DNA from: an uncultured Gammaproteobacteria bacterium
GTDB lineage: Bacteria > Pseudomonadota > Gammaproteobacteria > JAURND01
NCBI GenBank assembly: GCA_963777715.1
Contig: CAVZRN010000008.1
Location: 56,928-120,927 of the forward strand
DNA: 64,000 nucleotides
Direction: 5' to 3'
The notes under the pieces: model-generated
Database searches by the model: none
What the model was told of the DNA's origin: nothing
The model's input: only the letters and a program-made list of their open reading frames with translations
Made by a program: the position numbers and the translations under genes
In this document: positions 31,257 to 40,604 of the stretch, piece after piece
How positions within the stretch are numbered: the stretch's first letter is position 1
Layout: each line of letters opens with the position of its first letter

Positions 31257-33398
31257 TTACCGATTTAATAATCTTTGCAATGCGCCGCCAATTGCGTGGC
31301 CTGTGCCTGGCCCCAGGCGTTGTTCTAATCTATCTGTTGCTTTTTGTATCACCCTTGCTCCTACTTCGGTTTGCAGCAAGGCTTTTAAATCTGGCGTAAT
31401 GATTGGATTATCTAGAGTACCGCTGACAATAACTGGAATTTTAAACTGGCGCTCTTCTTGCACTGCATTACCCTGTGCGTCGTTAACCATGTGCAAGCCC
31501 ACCATCAACAGATGATAATTCAATGCGCCGCCAACTAAATTTGCCGTACCATTTCCCGTTGCTTTAAATTTATCCGACTGTACTAACAAATCATTGTTAC
31601 TAAATATACCATTCGTAAACGTTCCCGTGCCCTGAAATGTACCAAAATCGGTTTGATTTTTAGCGGGTGCAGGGGGCGGCGCTTGTCTTTTCACTAAGGC
31701 AGCCGCACGCTCCACCTCAAAGGGAATATCCTTACCAACGAAGGCGCCATTTTGTATATTAAATTGCACGTTGCCATTTAAGCTGCGCAACATAGCGTCC
31801 TTACCCTCCCCCTGTAGGGTGACACGGGTAGTAAGGTTAGCGCGACCAGTTAACTTACCCGATTTAACCAGTTGCGTTATATCAATATTCGTCAACGTTT
31901 CATCGATGGTATAGGCTGGCGTCGCTGCATTAAAATCAATGGCGATTTTCCCCTTAGCGCTGCCGTTATACACATTGGCGTTTAGTGGAGAAACCTGCAA
32001 TACCCCATTACCCAGCGCAATCTGTGCATATACCTGGGTTAATAACGTATCTGCAACGGTCAATGAACCAACACGAAGTTTGCCATTGATGGTCGCCCTG
32101 CGCAAGGCGCCTGGTTGCGTTCCTGATGCAGCCGTTGCACTGGCGGCAGTAGTTGCCGGGGTAGTTGCATTGGCAGCAGCAGCCGACGCAGATTTAGGTG
32201 GTAAATAATGATCTGCATTGATCTGATCGATGGCTACATCAAAATTAATCGATTGTGTCCTAAAGTCGGCAATATTCACACTACCATTGATGGTGGAATT
32301 ATCCAAACGTACACTCAACGGATTTAAGCGCAACGATGATGCAGTGGCTTCGAGTTGGGTGGTTAACGATACCCGTTGCAATGCGCTGGGATCTTGCGTC
32401 TTGATCGGGTGGCCCATGGTTTGCAAAAACGCCTTTAAATTAAACGGCGCAACTTGTAAGTCAGCAGTGAGTAAGGGCTTAGAAAAAACCTGTTGTACAT
32501 TCACCTTTCTTAACTTTGCATCCAACCCACCACCATTAAGCGCCACATTTGACATAGCCATGGTCTGTTGATGCGTATCCACCAAGATTTGATCCGCTTG
32601 AAATGTTAGCGCTTGCGCACCTGTAGATGTAAAGGCGATACGAGGGCTGGCGAGTTCACAGGTTTTGTTTTGATCGTTGAACGTTACAGTGCTGTCAAAG
32701 GAAAAATTGCCCGCAAGCGCCGGTTTGGCGCTGTTAATAGTAAATGATAAGCTAATCGGGAATGGTTTATTTTTCTGCGGATTTTCACTACTCAAATTGA
32801 AATTGCTTACCTGTACACGCTGGTCTTTTTGCTCATCAATCCATGAAATATTGGCATTCTCAATATCAATACCCGCAATCGATATCGCCAACGCTGTTGT
32901 TGCTGCATTAGATTGACTTGCCACCACTGGCTGGGCATTTCCCGTCCCTGCCGACACAGTTGTATTTGCATTCTGACGTGATGATATATCCTGCCAATTC
33001 GACAGCCCTACTTTATTCTTCGCCAGATTCAACTCGACATCTTTTAATGTGATTTTGCCAACTTCCACCTTGCGCGAAAATAATGGCATAAGCTTGACCT
33101 TCACGTCAGCCTCTCCCACCTGCATAAAACGATCTTGTGGCTGAAAGCCAGCTGCATTCGACAAACGCACGTCTTGTACGCGCGCGCCAATCCAGGGGAA
33201 ATAGGACATCTCAATATTTCCGATGACCAGGTCACGCCCGGTTTTTTCATGCACCGCTGCAATAATCCTACCCTTGTAATCATTAGGGTTAATCAACTTG
33301 CTTGCTAAAAATGCACCGACTATTAACAGCACCAACACAATGAATACAATATACAGCAGGATTTTAAATAGCTTTTTCATGGTTATTTTCCGTTGCAT
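31257..33398 (-). CDS. asmA: AsmA-family outer-membrane assembly protein.
   Basis: N-terminal anchor helix, then the AsmA N-terminal signature (NPNDYKGRIIAAVHEKTGRDLVIGNIEMSYFPWIGARVQDVRLSN). 713 aa. Confidence 0.8.
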   Translation of the reverse strand: MQRKITMKKLFKILLYIVFIVLVLLIVGAFLASKLINPNDYKGRIIAAVHEKTGRDLVIGNIEMSYFPWIGARVQDVRLSNAAGFQPQDRFMQVGEADVKVKLMPLFSRKVEVGKITLKDVELNLAKNKVGLSNWQDISSRQNANTTVSAGTGNAQPVVASQSNAATTALAISIAGIDIENANISWIDEQKDQRVQVSNFNLSSENPQKNKPFPISLSFTINSAKPALAGNFSFDSTVTFNDQNKTCELASPRIAFTSTGAQALTFQADQILVDTHQQTMAMSNVALNGGGLDAKLRKVNVQQVFSKPLLTADLQVAPFNLKAFLQTMGHPIKTQDPSALQRVSLTTQLEATASSLRLNPLSVRLDNSTINGSVNIADFRTQSINFDVAIDQINADHYLPPKSASAAAANATTPATTAASATAASGTQPGALRRATINGKLRVGSLTVADTLLTQVYAQIALGNGVLQVSPLNANVYNGSAKGKIAIDFNAATPAYTIDETLTNIDITQLVKSGKLTGRANLTTRVTLQGEGKDAMLRSLNGNVQFNIQNGAFVGKDIPFEVERAAALVKRQAPPPAPAKNQTDFGTFQGTGTFTNGIFSNNDLLVQSDKFKATGNGTANLVGGALNYHLLMVGLHMVNDAQGNAVQEERQFKIPVIVSGTLDNPIITPDLKALLQTEVGARVIQKATDRLEQRLGPGTGHAIGGALQRLLNR

Positions 33399-33411
33399 AA
33401 TTCACGTTAAC

Positions 33412-33485
33412 TGGAGCGGGTGATGGGAATCGAACCCACGCTATCAGCTTGGGAAGCTGAAGTTCTACCATTGAACTACACCCGC
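33412..33485 (-). tRNA. glyU: tRNA-Gly (anticodon CCC), with encoded CCA.
   Basis: The reverse complement folds into a cloverleaf: acceptor GCGGGTG/CACCCGC, anticodon loop TTCCCAA, T-loop GTTCGATTC. Near-identical to E. coli glyU. Confidence 0.9.
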
Positions 33486-33524
33486 TGGTTGAGTAGACAG
33501 TGGATACTTATGACCATACTAATC

Positions 33525-33862
33525 TATAAATTCAATGGCACTATCTTCAAGTACGCATTAACGCGTCATTTTTCCTTCTCCCCTTGTGGGAGAAGGTGGC
33601 CCGCACCTATATTTATAGCTTAAAACCATGTATGAATGATAAAGTATCCCAGTCAAAGAACTTAGATAACACTGAGCGGGACGGATGAGGGGAATAATTG
33701 GGTTTGGCAGTGAATCGTATCTTACCCCTCATCCGTCCGCACAGATTTAGCAAAATTTATCAGCTAGTATAATACATTGCCTATATCAGATTTGCAGCCA
33801 ATGCCCAAGGTGCGGCCACCTTCTCCCACAAGGGGAGAAGGAAAAAAAGGGAGCACTATTGA
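33525..33862. repeat. Repeat-rich region 5' of tRNA-Gly. It contains an IS-end-like sequence (TTCAATGGCACTATCTTCAAG), an inverted pair of family C motifs (CCCACAAGGGGAGAAGGAAAAA…GAGCACTATTG) and an internal hairpin of about 25 bp (GAGCGGGACGGATGAGGGGAA / TTACCCCTCATCCGTCCGC).
   Basis: Same motif arrangement recurs at 29183-29260. Inverted repeats seen directly. Confidence 0.6.
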
Positions 33863-33918
33863 ACCTATTAGTTCTAACCCACTATCGTACCCAATTTACA
33901 TTAAATATTCTATAGCCT

Positions 33919-34605
33919 ATGTCCCTACCCGATAAATATACCACACCCCACCCACGACTGATTAAGAGTTTCGCCATCCGCGCTGGGCGCATGAGTACGC
34001 GCCAACAACAGGCACTGACGCAAAACAACTACCTGCTTGACCCTGGCAGCCCAATTGATTGGCAGCGTGAGCTCCCCTCCCCTTCACCATCAGTTACCCT
34101 GGAGATCGGCTTTGGCATGGGGCACTCCCTCATCCAACACGCACTTGCCGCGCCCAATAGCTACTTCATTGGCATGGAGGTATTTTCCCGTGGCATCGGC
34201 GCCCTGCTGGCGGAAATAACCACACATAACCTCAGCAACATTCGCGTACTGCAAGGCGATGCGGTGGAACTCATCCAACGCCTCATTCCGAATAATTCAC
34301 TGGATACTATCCAAATTTTTTTCCCCGACCCCTGGCCAAAACGCCGACACCACAAACGCCGCCTGATACAACCAGCGTTCGTGCAATTAATAGTGGAGAA
34401 ATTAAAGCCCGGCGGCCACTTGCACCTGGCCACCGATTGGGAAGACTATGCACTACACATGATGCGCGTGTTATCTGACAATAAGGAATTATCCAACACG
34501 GCGGGGGCGGGTAAATTTACTACTCAACGTATGGGACGACCGTTGACGAAGTACGAACAACGTGGGCAGCGTTTAGGACATGGCGTGTGGGATTTTGCCG
34601 TTTAG
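33919..34605 (+). CDS. trmB: tRNA (guanine-N7)-methyltransferase TrmB.
   Basis: LEIGFGMGHSL, IFFPDPWPKRRHHKRR motifs. Confidence 0.9.
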   Translation: MSLPDKYTTPHPRLIKSFAIRAGRMSTRQQQALTQNNYLLDPGSPIDWQRELPSPSPSVTLEIGFGMGHSLIQHALAAPNSYFIGMEVFSRGIGALLAEITTHNLSNIRVLQGDAVELIQRLIPNNSLDTIQIFFPDPWPKRRHHKRRLIQPAFVQLIVEKLKPGGHLHLATDWEDYALHMMRVLSDNKELSNTAGAGKFTTQRMGRPLTKYEQRGQRLGHGVWDFAV

Positions 34606-35990
34606 AAAAATCGGTTAACCACTGAATAAGCATATTCCGTTACCGTGGCATGACTACTGCCACTGATAGCGCCACCCAAGTAATAGGTGTTCTGCTTACC
34701 TTGCAGTTGATGAAAGCGTTTGCGTATACCTGTCTTCACATCTTCCGCCAGGAAATAGGGGGTATATTCTGCCCAATGAAACGTATCGACCCATTGCAAC
34801 ACCTTCGCTCCAAATTCTTGTTGCAACATTTTTTCACTATTGCTGTAAAACGTCGGCGGAAATTCATGGTGAGCAACATTGGTAACTCCAGTGTACAACC
34901 ATATATCGCCCTTCACCCAACCTTCGGGATAAAAACTCTGCAAACACTCACGATAATTATCCGCATCGGTTAAATAAGGATCCATCAATGAATACAAGCC
35001 GTTGTGCGGCAATCCTTGCGCTAAAAAGCTCACCTTCCAACCAGGGGCATAATGTACTTTCTCAAAAACGCTGCGCTCCTCAATCGTCGCATCGAGGAAT
35101 TTCAACGCTTGTGCCGGTGAGCAGGTCACAAACAATTTATCAAACGTTAAGGTTTGATCATCCAACACGACGTCTACAGTTTGTTCATGTCGATGCACCG
35201 CTTGAATGTTTTGCTTATACAACACGTGATGTTGTTTAGCCACTCGATTCCATAACTCTTGATAGCCCTCCCTTACAAAACCCAGATGACCACTAATATA
35301 GCGTAATGGAAAGTGTAATAATTGATAAAAGAATTTGATGACTTCAAATGCAGATATATCGGGACGGATATCGGGATTACTAAACGCAGCGGTGCTGGCA
35401 AACATCTTCATCACATCACCTACCAGGGAAAGCCGTTGTTGGTCTACCCACGTTTCATACGGCAAACATAACTCGGCGGTTAAGTCATCGGATAACTCAT
35501 GTCCTGGTTTTTCTAACGCACGATAGCGCCAAAAACAACGCGCCAATTTAAAACTATCAGAAAAAAGCGCAGGCCACTGACGCAGCGGATAACCTAAACG
35601 ATATTTGTCAAAGTCAATGATGGCCTTATGTTGTTTTAAATTATGAATAATTAAAAATACGAGTAGATCTCTACGCCTAATCGGTGTGTCAACATTTCCA
35701 CGCGTATTGGTTTTGCCAACATGTAGACCATAGCGATGAAACAGTCGGAATAATTTTCTTGATCCGACCGGCGCAAAGCTGCCCATCTCATAAACAACAT
35801 CACCCTTCTCACCGGGGTAACGTAAACTCATCGACATGCCGCCGACACGGTTGTGTCTCTCAATCACGGTAATATTTTGATAGCCGCGTTCTTTTAAAGC
35901 TTCTGCAGCGGCCAATCCGGAAGGTCCCGCGCCGATAATCCCAATCCTTAAGTCCTTAGCGTATCGTAGTGATTTATCTTTATGCCACAT
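34602..35990 (-). CDS. FAD-dependent oxidoreductase (amine-oxidase/PPOX-like Rossmann fold), 462 aa. Paralog of 36212-37693.
   Basis: N-terminal dinucleotide-binding motif IGIIGAGPSGLAAAEAL…ERHNRVGG. Colinear with the neighbouring paralog at roughly 40-45% identity. Confidence 0.6.
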   Translation of the reverse strand: MWHKDKSLRYAKDLRIGIIGAGPSGLAAAEALKERGYQNITVIERHNRVGGMSMSLRYPGEKGDVVYEMGSFAPVGSRKLFRLFHRYGLHVGKTNTRGNVDTPIRRRDLLVFLIIHNLKQHKAIIDFDKYRLGYPLRQWPALFSDSFKLARCFWRYRALEKPGHELSDDLTAELCLPYETWVDQQRLSLVGDVMKMFASTAAFSNPDIRPDISAFEVIKFFYQLLHFPLRYISGHLGFVREGYQELWNRVAKQHHVLYKQNIQAVHRHEQTVDVVLDDQTLTFDKLFVTCSPAQALKFLDATIEERSVFEKVHYAPGWKVSFLAQGLPHNGLYSLMDPYLTDADNYRECLQSFYPEGWVKGDIWLYTGVTNVAHHEFPPTFYSNSEKMLQQEFGAKVLQWVDTFHWAEYTPYFLAEDVKTGIRKRFHQLQGKQNTYYLGGAISGSSHATVTEYAYSVVNRFF

Positions 35991-36211
35991 AAGTTATTTT
36001 TTTCACCTCTTAATGTTTTCATAACAAAACGCTGCTTCCCTGCCCTACCTCTACAAAATACACGCCTTCCTTCTATGGCTTCTTACTAAATATAGAACAA
36101 ATTTTATAAAATGAGAACCACAAATATCCATTTCCCCTTCGCAAAGGGGATAAAGCAAGTTTTCAAAAATCACGTGCTACAAAAAATTTAACCTGACCGT
36201 AATACTCTCAA

Positions 36212-37693
36212 TCAAAAATGCTTATCCACTAACTGATAGGCATAATCAATTAACATAGAATGGCCAGGCCCTGACAAAAGTTCGGTCACAAAATAGGTAT
36301 GTTTTAATCCTTGCAACGACTCAAACAGATCATACATCCCATTTTTTGTATCTTCACAATCAAAATGAGCGTTATACTGTGACCAATACGCCTTATCGAC
36401 CCAACTGATCACCTCAGCGCCAAAATGTTGCTGCAATAGTTCGGCTGAGTGTTGCATAACCGCTTCAACTCCTTGTTTTTCTGTGAAACCCAGCATGGTG
36501 GTATATAACCATACCCCATCTTCTACTTCCCCTTCCGGAATAAAGCCATACAACTGCGGCGGAACAGCGCTATTTTCCATTTGATCGGTAAAGATATACA
36601 TAGCATCGTGCGGTAATCCTTTAGCTAAGAAGGCAGCCCTCCACCCAGGGGAGTGCCTAACCTTGGAAAGTAGGGTTTTTTCTTGTGGAGAAGCATCGAT
36701 ACATTGCGCCACTGAATCGGGCGAACACGCAATAACTAATCGGTCAAAGGTGTGTTTTTCGCTATCCCAATAGAGATGAATTTCGTCGCCGGTGCGCTCA
36801 ATTTTTTCTATGTTTACGCCGCATAATACTTGATGATTTTTGGCGACTCGATTCCATATTTCCTGGTAGCCTTCACGCACCGGTAAAAATATGCCCCTTA
36901 TATACCTTGGGTGCCTATTCAATAGATCATAGAATACATTCTTAAATCCGTGTATTAATGCGTGATCTGGCGTTGCCTCATACACTGCGAAATTTAACGC
37001 GCCAAACAACGTTCGCAACAGGCGATCTAATAGCTTAAATCGACACACATTGAACCACTCCAACATTGGTATAGACACTGGTCCCAACGGCTGTGTGTTA
37101 GCCAATCCCGGCTTAGCCAGGCGACGATAGCGATAAAGCCAGGGAATAAATTTTACAATGTCCAGGCATAACGTCGGTAATTTCCTGAGGGGCATCCCCA
37201 GGATAGGATAGGTTAAAAAATCCGCAACGTATTGCTTCTCCTGCATACAATAAATACGAATGGGGGCAGGATGATTTAAAGAAATTCCCTTTCCCAGATG
37301 CAATCCGTATTTTTTTATAAATGCAAATACCTTACTGGTGCCAAACGGCTGAATACTGCCCATGTCATAGGTGATTGTATGTTGTGAAGCAGTAGCTTCC
37401 TTGGGGTATTGCCTACTTAGGGACATACCGCCAACGTGTTTGGTTTTTTCAATGACGGTGATATTTTGATAGCCTTTTTCTTTTAAGGCTTCTGCGGTAG
37501 CCAGACCGCCGGGGCCGGCTCCTATGATGGCAATTCTAGAGTTTGTATTAGATTGATGGGCTAAATGCGGACTGCGGCGCGGTTGCGGGTTGCGGGTTGC
37601 GGGTTGCGGGTTGCGGGTTGCGGGTTGCGGGTTGCGGGTTGCGGGTTGCGGGTTGCGGGTTGCGGGTTGCGGGTTATTATATCTTAGCTTCAT
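36212..37693 (-). CDS. FAD-dependent oxidoreductase paralog (493 aa) with an N-terminal heptapeptide repeat (NPQPATR)x5 encoded by a 7-nt microsatellite.
   Basis: IAIIGAGPGGLATAEAL…EKTKHVGG. The repeat is inserted directly after the conserved MKLRY… N-terminus that is shared with the paralog. Confidence 0.6.
   Translation of the reverse strand: MKLRYNNPQPATRNPQPATRNPQPATRNPQPATRNPQPRRSPHLAHQSNTNSRIAIIGAGPGGLATAEALKEKGYQNITVIEKTKHVGGMSLSRQYPKEATASQHTITYDMGSIQPFGTSKVFAFIKKYGLHLGKGISLNHPAPIRIYCMQEKQYVADFLTYPILGMPLRKLPTLCLDIVKFIPWLYRYRRLAKPGLANTQPLGPVSIPMLEWFNVCRFKLLDRLLRTLFGALNFAVYEATPDHALIHGFKNVFYDLLNRHPRYIRGIFLPVREGYQEIWNRVAKNHQVLCGVNIEKIERTGDEIHLYWDSEKHTFDRLVIACSPDSVAQCIDASPQEKTLLSKVRHSPGWRAAFLAKGLPHDAMYIFTDQMENSAVPPQLYGFIPEGEVEDGVWLYTTMLGFTEKQGVEAVMQHSAELLQQHFGAEVISWVDKAYWSQYNAHFDCEDTKNGMYDLFESLQGLKHTYFVTELLSGPGHSMLIDYAYQLVDKHF
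37577..37675. repeat. Heptanucleotide microsatellite (GCGGGTT)n: 13 perfect units plus 1 imperfect, inside the 5' coding region of the 36212-37693 gene.
   Basis: Read directly from the sequence. The unit length is not a multiple of 3. Confidence 0.95.
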
Positions 37694-37909
37694 TTTATTA
37701 TATCCTCAAGCGATAAAAAAACTATCCTGCCCACCTCTTTAATTTAACGGACAAGCATCACCTCGCACCAAATTTAAAGCACAAACAAACAAGCGAGAGT
37801 GACACTAATCAAATGCCCTGCTCATATAAATACATGCACTTTAACCATAGCTTTAAGTTAAATATAGTTCAAATTTGATGAAATGAGAAAGAAAAATGTA
37901 GGATTATGC

Positions 37910-38056
37910 CCTTTATGCCACCAAAATCCGGGCAATACGTGTTGTTAATGCCTTACTTACCCCTGCGGTACTGACAAACTTTGGCCAATCGGAGAGGGCC
38001 GTCTTCACTTCTTCTAAAAATGATATTTGTACTAAATTTGTAGGGGTATATTTCAT
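37910..38056 (-). CDS. Small ORF (48 aa) whose ATG overlaps the stop of the upstream XRE gene (ATGA). Possible toxin partner or remnant.
   Basis: Manual translation: MKYTPTNLVQISFLEEVKTALSDWPKF…. The ATG at 38054-38056 overlaps the TGA at 38053-38055. Confidence 0.25.
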
Positions 38057-38358
38057 GTTACGCTGCCACGTTTACGCTTTTTCTTTTCCGCCATCAGCAC
38101 ATCAAGGCTTGGCAGTGGTTTTTCTCTTGCTGTGAACACACGCTCAAAATCCTCTAAACTTCCGAGAACCATGGCGATTTTAAGTAATGATTCCAATGAA
38201 ATTTGGCCAGTTTTTTCAAACCGCTTGATACTCCCAAGACTAACGCCAGAGCGATTCTCCAACCCAACTTGCGTAAGTCTTAAGGCAAGTCTCATGGCCT
38301 TGACGCGCGCTGCAACAGCAAGCATAACCTCTTGGGGCGTGATTAATTTAATAGACAA
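38053..38358 (-). CDS. XRE-family HTH protein (antitoxin-like, 101 aa).
   Basis: LRLTQVGLENRSGVSLGSIKRFEKTGQISLESLLKIAMVL HTH. AT-rich palindromic operator-like sequence immediately upstream. Confidence 0.7.
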   Translation of the reverse strand: MSIKLITPQEVMLAVAARVKAMRLALRLTQVGLENRSGVSLGSIKRFEKTGQISLESLLKIAMVLGSLEDFERVFTAREKPLPSLDVLMAEKKKRKRGSVT

Positions 38359-38555
38359 TATATTATCTCTTATATACTTACATAACCATATATAGATAAT
38401 ATATTATACCTTAAGATGAACGCTCTATAAACAATTTAAAGAATATGATTCTTTAAAGGAAGAGTTTGATCTGTTTGAGGAAATGATAAAAATACGCTTG
38501 AAAGCAGGGAAAACTCAACAAGAAGTTGCCACAGCAATGAAGACATCTACGTCTG

Positions 38556-40454
38556 TTATTGGCCGACTAGAGTTGAAGTATAGGCTTGATCGGCTCGATT
38601 TGGTTTATCGGGATAACGTAGGCGCAATCGACCATGTTCAACCATGGGAGTAAGAAAACGTGCACGTACCCCATCGGGATTGCGTTGTAGTAACTCAGCC
38701 AGCTGTTTTCTTGATAGCCAATGGTTACGGCATAATTCCTGGATGATCTGTTCCGTCTTTTTTGGGGATAATCGCTGATTTTCCCTGGCAGGTTTGGCTA
38801 TTTTGTTAAGATTAGTCAGTTCTTCAGGGCTAAGTTCGTGCTTATATACTGACCCAGGGTCCTTATGTACGGAGTCCCCTTCGTTATGTACGGAGTCCCC
38901 TTCGTTATGTACGGAGTCCCCTTCGTTATGTACGGAGTCCCTTTTGCTTATTGCCAATCGATAGCGGCTTCCACGTGCTCGTCCCTCTTGAGCAAGCGCG
39001 CCTTTCGCCACTAACCCTTGTAAGATGCGGGTGATGTCTGCCGTGTGATTGCCGGTAATTTGTCGCATACGGGCATTATCTACTGAGCTTTCGATATCAG
39101 CAGTTACCAGTACTTGCACCTCTTGAGTATTAAAACTTTTAAAGTCACTACCAAAGCACAATTGGAGTCGGTGAAGGGAATCGTCAGGTATAAGGCTAAC
39201 CATAGGTAACTGCCACAATACCCGATCAGGATGGACTTGATCGGTAACCAGGGGAGAGCGCCAGTGTTGAGAATTCCAACCCTTGAAGATTTTGTCCACG
39301 CCTGAGCCAGCTTTTTCAGCTGCACCAAACATCATGAACATGGTCTGTAGTGTTTTATTACGACACTCACTCACATTGCCACGCAGCAATTGATCTAAGG
39401 AGATCAATAAAGAACCAGGGTTCGAGAAATTAAAGCCCTTGAGGTGCTTTTCTACGATGATACCACCCGCCCCGTAGTGATCGGCATGGATTAACGTATT
39501 CACCAGTGCTTCGCGGATGGCTTCATGAACTTCAGTTTCACCTTTGCGCAGCAGGTCAGATTTCAGTTGAAATGGCAGTTTTATATCAGCAGCCAGCCGC
39601 TGGACAACACGAAGATAAAATTGAAATAGATTAGTGTTCCAAGTGCCATCAATGGTCAGCCGGTCAGTCCAACGGACAGCTGGGTCATCAGAGAGTTTTT
39701 CCCGATAATCGACATGGAAACTTGGAACGGCTTCACGAATAGTATCATCGCGGCCAAACATAAGCATGCCTGCTACAGTCAGCCCTTCCTGCCCAGTTTT
39801 ACGATCCCGTCGCCAACCGCCAAGCTTAGTTAGTAATCCCTGATCGTCTTCGCTTAAGTAGGGATGAGTTGGTTTGTGGGAAGCCAATCGCTGGCGATAT
39901 TGGTGCAAGCTGGATAAATCAATGTCGGACAAATCAAAATTTTCTAGTATTCGGCTGTCCACGGACTCTTCCGAACGATCTGAGAGCATACGACCCACTT
40001 CTTGCTCAGTACAATGATAGTCGCCTTCGTGATTACGGCGATAAGTACCAGTTAGTGGATTCTGATTGAGATAAACAGGACGTTGATAGCGGCTGGCTTG
40101 CGGCACGCGGATAGCTAATATAGTCTTTTCACCGTATCCCATTTCAACAATATCCGTATCGTTAAGCAAGTTGGTACTGGTTTTCCCACGGTTGTTGATA
40201 GTATCCCAAAAGGTTTTCTTGAGTTTTCCTGTATCGACGACGCCACTTACTGTACCGTCATCTTCAACGCCTAATAAAATAATCCCACCATGGGTATTGG
40301 CCATTGCGCTATAAGTTCCCCATAAACTTTTAGGCAAGCCACCTTTTGTGGATTTAAATTCCATGTCCCCACCTTCTTCCCATCTTAGGTGAGCCAAGAT
40401 ATCTAATGGATTAATGATGTTAGGCATTTTCATATACTCATTGGCGACGGACAA
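38556..40454 (-). CDS. Schlafen-like AlbA_2 (divergent AAA-4) plus HATPase_c_4 domain protein with a C-terminal wHTH-like region. Often misannotated as a RecG-like helicase or transcriptional regulator.
   Basis: HATPase_c_4 signature (EAIREALVNTLIHADHYGAGGII) and an N-terminal AlbA_2-like region. Contains a (SVHNEGD)x4 repeat. Confidence 0.6.
   Translation of the reverse strand: MSVANEYMKMPNIINPLDILAHLRWEEGGDMEFKSTKGGLPKSLWGTYSAMANTHGGIILLGVEDDGTVSGVVDTGKLKKTFWDTINNRGKTSTNLLNDTDIVEMGYGEKTILAIRVPQASRYQRPVYLNQNPLTGTYRRNHEGDYHCTEQEVGRMLSDRSEESVDSRILENFDLSDIDLSSLHQYRQRLASHKPTHPYLSEDDQGLLTKLGGWRRDRKTGQEGLTVAGMLMFGRDDTIREAVPSFHVDYREKLSDDPAVRWTDRLTIDGTWNTNLFQFYLRVVQRLAADIKLPFQLKSDLLRKGETEVHEAIREALVNTLIHADHYGAGGIIVEKHLKGFNFSNPGSLLISLDQLLRGNVSECRNKTLQTMFMMFGAAEKAGSGVDKIFKGWNSQHWRSPLVTDQVHPDRVLWQLPMVSLIPDDSLHRLQLCFGSDFKSFNTQEVQVLVTADIESSVDNARMRQITGNHTADITRILQGLVAKGALAQEGRARGSRYRLAISKRDSVHNEGDSVHNEGDSVHNEGDSVHKDPGSVYKHELSPEELTNLNKIAKPARENQRLSPKKTEQIIQELCRNHWLSRKQLAELLQRNPDGVRARFLTPMVEHGRLRLRYPDKPNRADQAYTSTLVGQ
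38857..38940. repeat. 21-bp tandem repeat (CCTTCGTTATGTACGGAGTCC), about 4 copies, in-frame within the Schlafen-like gene.
   Basis: Read directly from the sequence. Encodes SVHNEGD x4. Confidence 0.9.
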
Positions 40455-40604
40455 AAGCGTTTGAGGTTGGGGGTTTTTGGCACATCTTACTCAGAGGTGA
40501 TGATTATACACTCACATTCTTTCTCACCATTACCGTATTTCTAGTCCAACTCAATTATGTTAGGGTTGCTAAGTATTATCGATGTTTTTGGCTACCGAAA
40601 CAAT

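Noticed and set aside
37561-37680. Considered whether the (GCGGGTT)n tract is an intergenic microsatellite.
   Set aside because: It is in frame with the upstream ATG and the downstream FAD-binding domain and encodes (NPQPATR)5. It is reported as a coding repeat instead.
38440-38655. Plus-strand XRE-HTH-like reading frame (…IRLKAGKTQQEVATAMKTSTSVIGRLE…) as a separate gene.
   Set aside because: There is an in-frame stop immediately upstream and no proper start or Shine-Dalgarno. It overlaps the 3' end of the 632-aa gene. It is treated as a relic and mentioned in a finding, not called as a feature.
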